Origin: a virus
Virus record (IMG/VR): IMGVR_UViG_3300001200_000009
Reading direction: 5' to 3' (one strand)
Length of the DNA: 21,307 nt
The notes under the pieces were generated by a model, which saw nothing but the letters and a program-made list of their open reading frames with translations, did not search any database and had not been told where the DNA came from. The position numbers were made by a program, and so were the translations under genes. Shown piece by piece: positions 8,603-15,448 of this stretch. Within the stretch, counting starts at the first letter, position 1; every line of letters begins with the position of its first letter.

Positions 8603-8632
8603 ATTATATCATATTTCGGACGCGTTGTAAAC
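8603..8632 (-). promoter_or_regulatory. Early promoter for the CobS-like gene
   Basis: GTTTACA (8632-8626), 17 nt, TATAAT (8608-8603) with an extended -10 TGn. Confidence 0.85.
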
Positions 8633-8634
8633 GT

Positions 8635-10749
8635 CTAAACGATATTATTGATAAGGGCTTGGCAAATAAGTTTCTGGGCTTTACGGTCTTGGATAGAGGT
8701 TCCTTCAATCATTGGTTCTAGCATTTGGCTAGGAATATGAATGATTGTGTCGATGTTGTATTCATTTTTGAATATAGTTACGTCTTTGCTAGATGTTCTT
8801 AGGCGAGAAGCGGCTGACGAACCGAACGCGACAGTCTCAGGCGTATTGGCCATTGAGAATAAGGTGACCGTATCAGCAACAGTTTCACGAAGGAACTGAT
8901 AGACATAATAGGTATAGGTGTGCTTGACTCCCGCAAATCTGGATTCGTTTGTGTTGAACGCTACAGGCCGAGTCCAATCAGACTTCATGATAATCTTGCG
9001 TTTGACGATACTTGACCTATCTCCTGCTCCATCTGTTAGACACATGAAATGGAGTTTTTCGATAGAATGAGTCTTTTTGAATTGCATGCAACGAGTAGCC
9101 TGAGACAGGACATGGGCCTCTAGCGGTGTTGAACCATACACTAGACCAGGAGGGTCGTCGCGCGTAACGAAGTCATGAAGCTTTCCAAGACGCTCTCGTA
9201 CTTTAGCCTTAGACCATTCGGAAGAGACTATAACCGACAGATTCGGTAACTGAGTAAGCGACCCATCTGGTCCGGTTGAATAACCTCCACCATGAGAGAA
9301 TTTACTGATTTCGAAAGGTATAGAGTTTCGCATACAGAATTCTACCATAATGGTAATCTGCTTGACAGCCGCTTTAACCCTTTGTCCGTGCATAGACCCA
9401 GAATTATCAAGCAACATCATAACGCCATGATTTTTCTGTTTTGGTCTTATCGTCCGTTTCTTGAATAGATTTTGCGAGGTCTTATAGTCATACAGACGCT
9501 TACCATCAAGGTCACCCGAGGTCTTCTTACGAGACATTGCTTTATTATACGCGGCCTTGCGTTGTTTGAACTGAGATGTAAGGAAATCAATTGACGGCTT
9601 ATTAGCTAGCAAGAATTCTGAATAGTGGTCTCGTAGTTTTGTAGTTTCAAGTGTACCTTTTGATTTGGTAAGCTTCTGCCATACAGGAAACTTAATCAAG
9701 TCAAGGTCATTATTTTCATAGATGTCTTTGGTGCGTTTGTCAGCATGAAGGTCTGTCGAAATATTCTCATCATCCGTAGGGTCAGTGCTATCCCAGTCGA
9801 GTTCTACTTCAGGCTGACTGCATTCATCTCCATCTTCTTTACCCTTTGACTCTTCTTCACCATCTTCGTCTGAACCTCCTCCAGAGCCAGAGCCGGTTTC
9901 ATCATTGGTTTCCTCGCCGTCTTCTGATTCTTGGCCGCCGCCTTGTCCTGAAGATTCGTCGCCATCTTCATCTTCGCTTGCAGATGCTCCGCCTCCTTGA
10001 CCCTCTTCATCACCAGAATCTTGGTCACCCTCATCTGCTCCTTCTCCAGAATCGCCCGAATCTCCTTCATCAGATTCTTCGGAGTCATCTCCACCGCCTG
10101 AAGGGTCATCATTATCAGAATCTTCCGGTTCCGGTTCTTCTTCGTCGTCGTCTTCATCCTTCTCGGGTTCTGGAGGTTCAGGCTGTTTACGTTCTTTCAA
10201 GAATTCCGCAATCTTAGCGCAAAGCAAAAGGACATCGTCGAAAGTTTCAGTTAGGTAGCATTCATCAAAGAGAACCTGCTCTTCGTCATCGAAATCGATT
10301 TCGACTTGGTCTCCGCCCTTAGCTTTAAGGTTAAGACGATTGAGAAATCCAAGAGTGTTGAGGTCTTCAAGGTCTTTAACACCAAAGAAGTCTTGCTCCA
10401 TCAGCTCCTTATATCCGCCATAGAAATAGTAGAGCGACCCAGGATATTTCTCTTTGATAAGACGTTCAATGCGAACATCTTCAACGATATTGATTAGGCT
10501 TCTTGACATGCCTGGAAATTGCTTTGCGCTATCGTGCCATCCATCTTCAGGAGTGTAGAGCGCATGACCAATCTCATGAGTGATAAACAGAATTCCGATT
10601 TTCTCAGACAGACCTGTCTTAAACACTGGGAGTCTTAACACCCGATTTCGGACATCAAAAGAGGCCGTCGAAAAGTTACCTTCGATGACCTCGATTTTCT
10701 CTTCGGCCATGAGGCGAGAGAGCAGGGCTGCTGAGTAAGATGCTGACAT
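8635..10749 (-). CDS. Zn-metallopeptidase-like + acidic linker + VWA domain protein (CobT-like MoxR partner)
   Basis: N-terminal TASFD...RVLRLP, HEIGHALYT (HExxH) and NIVEDVRIE. A D/E/G/S-rich linker follows, then VWA MIDAS LLDNSGSM...STP...LTDG. Confidence 0.85.
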   Translation of the reverse strand: MSASYSAALLSRLMAEEKIEVIEGNFSTASFDVRNRVLRLPVFKTGLSEKIGILFITHEIGHALYTPEDGWHDSAKQFPGMSRSLINIVEDVRIERLIKEKYPGSLYYFYGGYKELMEQDFFGVKDLEDLNTLGFLNRLNLKAKGGDQVEIDFDDEEQVLFDECYLTETFDDVLLLCAKIAEFLKERKQPEPPEPEKDEDDDEEEPEPEDSDNDDPSGGGDDSEESDEGDSGDSGEGADEGDQDSGDEEGQGGGASASEDEDGDESSGQGGGQESEDGEETNDETGSGSGGGSDEDGEEESKGKEDGDECSQPEVELDWDSTDPTDDENISTDLHADKRTKDIYENNDLDLIKFPVWQKLTKSKGTLETTKLRDHYSEFLLANKPSIDFLTSQFKQRKAAYNKAMSRKKTSGDLDGKRLYDYKTSQNLFKKRTIRPKQKNHGVMMLLDNSGSMHGQRVKAAVKQITIMVEFCMRNSIPFEISKFSHGGGYSTGPDGSLTQLPNLSVIVSSEWSKAKVRERLGKLHDFVTRDDPPGLVYGSTPLEAHVLSQATRCMQFKKTHSIEKLHFMCLTDGAGDRSSIVKRKIIMKSDWTRPVAFNTNESRFAGVKHTYTYYVYQFLRETVADTVTLFSMANTPETVAFGSSAASRLRTSSKDVTIFKNEYNIDTIIHIPSQMLEPMIEGTSIQDRKAQKLICQALINNIV
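9770..10185 (-). repeat. Low-complexity acidic (D/E/G/S) disordered linker within the VWA protein
   Basis: About 135 residues such as EPEKDEDDDEEEPEPEDSDNDDPSGGGDDSEESDEGDSGDSGEG. Boundaries are approximate. Confidence 0.85.
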
Positions 10750-10755
10750 AAGAGG

Positions 10756-10785
10756 ACTATATCATACTAGAATGGTTTTGTAAAC
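10756..10785 (-). promoter_or_regulatory. Early promoter for the peptidase-VWA gene, probably leaderless
   Basis: GTTTACA (10785-10779), 17 nt, TGA-TATAGT (-10 at 10761-10756), then 6 nt to the ATG at 10749. Overlaps the gene 46 stop. Confidence 0.8.
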
Positions 10786-12506
10786 TAATTTTTTCGCATC
10801 TGGCTGAAATTGTTTTGCTTCTCAAAGGTCAGACCTGATTCGAATTTCTCGGCTAGCATATGACCTTTGTGCGAGATAACGAAAACATTCGTCTGAGCGT
10901 CAAGCGTGTCTAGAATAGTCAGTAGATTATCGACACCGTCTACGTCCAATGATGAGTCAAATGTCTCGTCGAGAATAAGAAGGTTCGTGTCTACCGAGTT
11001 CTTCATCTTCGCGATTTGGCGGAAGGCAAACAGAACTGATAGGTCGATTCGTTGCTTCTCACCTTCAGAAAACGATGAGTAGGTAAACACATCTCTATGG
11101 CGAGATTTGATTTGCTCATTGAAGTTTTCGTCAAGGTTAAATAGGACAAAGAAGTCTAGAACTTGAAGATAGTTGTTGATAATCTGGTTCAGAGGCTCGA
11201 TGTATTGCTTAATGATTTTGGTTTTGATACCACTATCCTTGAGCATCTCAGCCATGACTGCATTATACTCTAGGTCTTCGGCAGTTTCTCCACGCTTGTT
11301 GCGGAAGTGGGTGATATCGTCTTCAATTTTCCGTAGCTCGGTTTTGGCTTTGTCTACGTCTGCCGATTTCTGTTGAATTTTGATAATATCGGCTTGAAGC
11401 TGTTGGATAAGCTTAAAGAGCGACTTGAGCTCGGAATTCAATTCGTCTTTTTTCTTACGGTCTGCCTTGATAAGCTCAGAAATATCGGCAAGCTGTTTAA
11501 GGTCTCCATCAAGCTCGGCCAGTTCGGCTTTAAAGTCATCCATATGTTCAATGACGATTTCTGTTTTGCCAGTCAAAGTTGATTGCATCTTCTCTTTTAG
11601 AGAATCTTCGATGTCTTGGGTGCATGAAGGACAAGAGTCATTATTCTCAAAGAACTTCTCTTGCTTGTTAAGAGAGCTGAGTTCAGAAGCTAGATGCGAA
11701 ATTTGACCAGTGAGATTTCCACGCTTACGGTTAAGCGTCTCAGTCCGAGCGGTGAGTATCTTATCACCTTCCTCGATTTTTGTTTTCAAAGCCGTCGCTT
11801 TCTTTTGGGCCGCGACTCCTTTGGCCTTGTTATCTTCGATTGCTTTGTTCTTGTCAGAAATCATGTCTTCGTTGAGTGTCTCAAGATTGGCGATGTATTT
11901 CTGTTGCGTCTTTTGCTTGTTTTCTTCAAGCTTGATTTTGTATTCGACGTCCTTGTATTTCTCTTTGGTCTTGGAGTTGGATTCGCGAAGAAGCTTGTTC
12001 ATTGCAGTAAAGACATTGATGTCAAGAAGGTCTTCGACGATTTGACGGCGATTGCCAGTCGAGAGCTGCATGAATGGTACGAACGACGACGAACCAAGGA
12101 CTACGACCTGGTTGAAGGTCTTGTAGTTGATTTTAAGGATGTTCTGTTCAAGGAATCGTTGATAGTCCTTCACCGTACTAGGTTGAGGAATAAGTCTTCC
12201 GTTTTCATAGATTTGGAATACTCCTGGATTGATTCCACGAATAATCTTGAATTTGGCCACACCGATTTCGAATGTTATTTCGACCAAGCAGTCTTTCTGG
12301 TTAATCGAATTAACGAGTTGGGGCTTGTTAATACCTCGGTGTGGCTTGCCAAACAAGGCAAATGTTAGGGCGTCTAGGAAGGTGGATTTACCTGAACCAT
12401 TCTTACCAGTAATAAGAGTAGAGGCTGCTCCAGTGAGGTCGATTTCGGTTGGAGTGTTGCCAGTAGATAGGAAATTCTTCCAGGATAGGGTCTTAAAAAT
12501 TATCAT
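10785..12506 (-). CDS. 46: Recombination nuclease ATPase subunit gp46 (Rad50/SbcC-like)
   Basis: KNFLSTGN, Walker A GKNGSGKS, coiled coil with CPSC zinc hook, signature FSEGEK, Walker B LILDE, and ISH. Confidence 0.97.
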   Translation of the reverse strand: MIIFKTLSWKNFLSTGNTPTEIDLTGAASTLITGKNGSGKSTFLDALTFALFGKPHRGINKPQLVNSINQKDCLVEITFEIGVAKFKIIRGINPGVFQIYENGRLIPQPSTVKDYQRFLEQNILKINYKTFNQVVVLGSSSFVPFMQLSTGNRRQIVEDLLDINVFTAMNKLLRESNSKTKEKYKDVEYKIKLEENKQKTQQKYIANLETLNEDMISDKNKAIEDNKAKGVAAQKKATALKTKIEEGDKILTARTETLNRKRGNLTGQISHLASELSSLNKQEKFFENNDSCPSCTQDIEDSLKEKMQSTLTGKTEIVIEHMDDFKAELAELDGDLKQLADISELIKADRKKKDELNSELKSLFKLIQQLQADIIKIQQKSADVDKAKTELRKIEDDITHFRNKRGETAEDLEYNAVMAEMLKDSGIKTKIIKQYIEPLNQIINNYLQVLDFFVLFNLDENFNEQIKSRHRDVFTYSSFSEGEKQRIDLSVLFAFRQIAKMKNSVDTNLLILDETFDSSLDVDGVDNLLTILDTLDAQTNVFVISHKGHMLAEKFESGLTFEKQNNFSQMRKN

Positions 12507-12857
12507 CTAGTTATTATAATCCAAAACGGTCTCATTGTAAATGTGTAACATTCCACCAGCGCCTGGCACTGTGCATTCTACGACATATCTTTTCTTGCCA
12601 GCCAGGGTCAAGAATGAAGCGACAACGACGCCACTAAATTCATAGCCTTTAACCTTCTTAACTAGGTCGCCCTTCTGGAATCCGGTTAATGACTCCATGT
12701 CTAAGGCTTCCTGTAAAAGCTCGAGGTCCCAATGAGAAATGCCTTGAACTTTAGTCGCCATTGCAGATGCCTGCATAGTTTGACCGCCAGCCCCTGGTGT
12801 AATTCGGGTAGGAAGACTAAAAGCCTTCTTAAGAAATTCTTGGACAGCCTTCTTCAT
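12507..12857 (-). CDS. Hypothetical protein with a C-terminal R67/DfrB-like SH3-fold domain
   Basis: C-terminal FQKGDLVKKVKGYEFSGVVVASFLT...YVVE...GMLHIY...L parallels the type II DHFR pattern (by-eye alignment). Confidence 0.55.
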   Translation of the reverse strand: MKKAVQEFLKKAFSLPTRITPGAGGQTMQASAMATKVQGISHWDLELLQEALDMESLTGFQKGDLVKKVKGYEFSGVVVASFLTLAGKKRYVVECTVPGAGGMLHIYNETVLDYNN

Positions 12858-13003
12858 TATTCATATCCTAGCATTTTGCTTATTTCTGCTCTTGAATGTT
12901 TCGTAGACCAAGAAGAGCCGTTTAAGATAATGACATTATCTCCAAATCCTATTACAGCTTTTGGGTCAATATAAAGCCCATGAAAATCTACAAATCTTTC
13001 CAT
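12857..13003 (-). CDS. Small hypothetical protein, 48 aa (below the ORF-track cutoff)
   Basis: MERFVDFHGLYIDPKAVIGFGDNVIILNGSSWSTKHSRAEISKMLGYE*. TAATG overlaps at both ends fill the gap exactly. Confidence 0.75.
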   Translation of the reverse strand: MERFVDFHGLYIDPKAVIGFGDNVIILNGSSWSTKHSRAEISKMLGYE

Positions 13004-14061
13004 TATTCGTACTCCAACATTTGGGCCTCTCGATAGAGGTCTTTGAGTCTGTTCTTGAGACGGTCTTTATCAAGTGGAGTAGCCACTTCATCGATATAAC
13101 GGTCCATGAGTTCGGTTGTCTCTTCAAATTTGATTTCGGCTGTCACTGCATCGCCCGTAAATTCAGCAAAGGTCTCGGAAATCTTTAGGTCATGAATAGG
13201 TCTGCGATTGACATTGTCGATAAAGACGTCAAAGCGATAGGGGTCCTTCTTAGACTGCACGAAGATTTTTACGAACTTGTCGTCGAACACTGAAAAGTCG
13301 AAGTCTTTGTAATCATATAACTCGTCGTCATATGTCATACGGGTGAACAGACGAATCTCATTAAGGACTGGTTCGATTTCACCAGTTTCTGTGTCTAGAA
13401 TATGAAAATATTTTGGGTCATCACAGTCGCCTTGAGTGAACTCCATTTGAGAGCCTAGATAGGTGATGTTACCATTTGATGACTTGGTATGATAATGGCC
13501 TGAGATGACTTGATGGAAGTGAGAGAAATCTCCACGTCCGATGCCTGTTTTAGCTAACTGACCCGGATACATTTCAAATCCAACGAACTCGAAATGACCG
13601 GCACAGAGAGGAGCCTTTGACTTCTTAATGAAATCCATACAGCGCTTCTCGTTTTCTGGAGAAATCCATGGGATGAAGGCAATCTTGAAGCCTTCGTAAT
13701 TCAGTTCGGCTGGCTCATGGAAGAGGGTGATGTTGTCCTCATATCCAGAGAAAATCATATCAAGCGAACAGAGCTTGTTGGACGACTTGTAATAGACGTC
13801 ATGGTTGCCTGGGATAATATCCATGTGGATATCGTCCTTCCTTAACTGGTCCAAGAAATGAGTCTTGTTTGAGTTAAGCGCTTTGATGTTGATAAATTTG
13901 CGGTGCTCAGCATAATCCCCAAGGTGGAGGATTTTCTTAATCTTATGCTTCTTCAGGTATGGAAAGAAGACCTTCTGATAGAAGTCCTCTTGATACTTGA
14001 TGAAGATGTTTGATGAGTTACGAGCGCCGAAGTGAGTATCATTTAAGATAGCTACTTTCAT
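13003..14061 (-). CDS. 47: Recombination nuclease subunit gp47 (Mre11/SbcD-like)
   Basis: DTHFGAR, HLGD, GNHD, GHFE..GF, SGHYH, YLGS motifs. Upstream of gene 46. Confidence 0.96.
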   Translation of the reverse strand: MKVAILNDTHFGARNSSNIFIKYQEDFYQKVFFPYLKKHKIKKILHLGDYAEHRKFINIKALNSNKTHFLDQLRKDDIHMDIIPGNHDVYYKSSNKLCSLDMIFSGYEDNITLFHEPAELNYEGFKIAFIPWISPENEKRCMDFIKKSKAPLCAGHFEFVGFEMYPGQLAKTGIGRGDFSHFHQVISGHYHTKSSNGNITYLGSQMEFTQGDCDDPKYFHILDTETGEIEPVLNEIRLFTRMTYDDELYDYKDFDFSVFDDKFVKIFVQSKKDPYRFDVFIDNVNRRPIHDLKISETFAEFTGDAVTAEIKFEETTELMDRYIDEVATPLDKDRLKNRLKDLYREAQMLEYE

Positions 14062-14064
14062 GCG

Positions 14065-14712
14065 TTATTCCATAAATTGTTCTAGGGATTTTGACTTAGC
14101 ACGTTTGCCACGAGATTTCGGAGCAGACCATCCATAATGTTTTCCTGAAGCTTTGGCTTTTGTCTTCGCCACTTCAGAGTAGGAACCACGTAGTTTTTCG
14201 ACAGTTGCTTGAACGGCGTTGTATGACTCAGAGTCTCCAGCCGTAATGAACTCGCCAAACTGATGGCTATTGATGAGGTTCATTCGAGTTCGAACCTCTT
14301 TTTCTTCTTTTTGAATTCGTCTAACCATGGCCCAGTAAGCGCACTGTGAGAAGTACGCATGAGCGTTAGGTTTCTTTGAACGTGTCTCTGCATTAGGGTC
14401 ATAGTTACCACGAGAGACTGCTTTGATGCAGTCTTCAATCGCATCACCAATCATCAGGTCACGAAATGAATATTGCGAGAAATTAGGACGTCGCGCAAGG
14501 CTGTCGCATAGTTTCCAAATAGATTCGCCGATATATTGAGGGATTACAGGCAGTTCTGTTTGAGGGACATTACGCTGGTTTTCAACGATGTCTTCGTTCT
14601 CTGCTTTGATTTGTTTGATAAGCCTTGAGTAGGCTATAACTTCGGCTGTAAATTTCTCATTATCGATGAGCTTCTTTTTCTTCGCCTTTTTGGCGGGGAC
14701 TTTATCGTTCAT
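14065..14712 (-). CDS. 55: Late-transcription sigma factor gp55
   Basis: IDNEKF, IPQYIGE....L...LA.RPNFSQYSFRDLMIGDAIEDCI, YDP......NAHAYFSQ..YWA..RRIQKE, and a clamp-binding-like C-terminus SLEQFME. Start placed at 14712 from the promoter position; a further in-frame ATG lies at 14760. Confidence 0.93.
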   Translation of the reverse strand: MNDKVPAKKAKKKKLIDNEKFTAEVIAYSRLIKQIKAENEDIVENQRNVPQTELPVIPQYIGESIWKLCDSLARRPNFSQYSFRDLMIGDAIEDCIKAVSRGNYDPNAETRSKKPNAHAYFSQCAYWAMVRRIQKEEKEVRTRMNLINSHQFGEFITAGDSESYNAVQATVEKLRGSYSEVAKTKAKASGKHYGWSAPKSRGKRAKSKSLEQFME

Positions 14713-14718
14713 TATGTA

Positions 14719-14748
14719 ATTATATAACAATCCGTGAGTGTTGTAAAC
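14719..14748 (-). promoter_or_regulatory. Early promoter for gene 55, probably leaderless
   Basis: GTTTACA (14748-14742), 17 nt, TATAAT (14724-14719), then 6 nt to the ATG at 14712. Confidence 0.85.
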
Positions 14749-14760
14749 AACTTTGTGCAT

Positions 14761-15201
14761 TTAAAGTAGAGCAGGGATTAACCTCGTATCGCGCATGACA
14801 CGCTCTTTTTCTGGAATAGTCCATACATTATCGGGCACAGATACTGTAACCAGACCAGCTGAGTTTGAAGTACGAACCGAAACTTGGTTAACGTTTACTC
14901 GGTCGCCAAGGTTAGTATTGCCGCCAACCAGATTGACAGCATATTGACCGTCTTCAAAGGTCACGGTATAGGCATTGATAAGCCTAACAACTCGTGCTAG
15001 GTCAGTACCGGAAACGTTAGCTGGAGGGACATGGTCATGCGTAGTATCAAATGGTAAGCCTTGGTCGGCTTGAAGCTGATTAAGTTGTTGTCTGAAAGTA
15101 TTGATGTCTAACGAGCGAACTTCGACAGGCGTAGTCTGAACAAGGTCCATTTCGTTCCTTGAGACTGAGATTACGCGTGTTGTCCAGTTAACTGTTGGCA
15201 T
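14761..15201 (-). CDS. Hypothetical late protein, 146 aa, probably virion-associated
   Basis: Has its own late promoter. V/N/T-rich, beta-type composition. No family recognised. Confidence 0.6.
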   Translation of the reverse strand: MPTVNWTTRVISVSRNEMDLVQTTPVEVRSLDINTFRQQLNQLQADQGLPFDTTHDHVPPANVSGTDLARVVRLINAYTVTFEDGQYAVNLVGGNTNLGDRVNVNQVSVRTSNSAGLVTVSVPDNVWTIPEKERVMRDTRLIPALL

Positions 15202-15207
15202 CAGCAG

Positions 15208-15215
15208 TATTTATA
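15208..15215 (-). promoter_or_regulatory. Late promoter TATAAATA
   Basis: Plus strand tatttata at 15208-15215, 6 nt upstream of the ATG at 15201. Contains the upstream gene's TAA stop. Confidence 0.8.
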
Positions 15216-15447
15216 CTGAAGTCAGGCCAGACCCTACGTTTGAGAACTTGAAGATGATAAAATCTTGTTTGAGAGCATCAAGTTCTTGGCGAAGCTGATT
15301 GATTAACTTCTGTTGCTCGATAATCGTGTGCTTATTCTGAGAGATTTCCTCGGCTAGAGCATCGGCATATTTACCAAGACCCTTTTGATTGATGCGTTGA
15401 GCAACTCTCTTATTTTCGATAGCTTGCGCCTCGGGAGACATAGACAT
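15211..15447 (-). CDS. Small coiled-coil hypothetical protein
   Basis: Heptad-like LAEEISQNKHTIIEQQKLINQLRQELDALKQ. Start 15447 (1 nt after the upstream stop) is preferred to 15480. Confidence 0.65.
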   Translation of the reverse strand: MSMSPEAQAIENKRVAQRINQKGLGKYADALAEEISQNKHTIIEQQKLINQLRQELDALKQDFIIFKFSNVGSGLTSV

Positions 15448-15448
15448 A

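Noticed and set aside
9804-10217. Overlapping 117-aa (-) and 123-aa (+) ORFs
   Set aside because: Frame artefacts of the low-complexity acidic linker.
7165-10749. Cobalamin-biosynthesis auxiliary metabolic genes (cobS/cobT)
   Set aside because: Only the MoxR/VWA fold families are shared. No cobN or other cob genes are in the window, and the extra domains point elsewhere.
11173-12510. Several plus-strand ORFs up to 224 aa opposite gene 46
   Set aside because: Antisense shadows of a conserved coiled-coil gene, with no promoter or recognisable domain.
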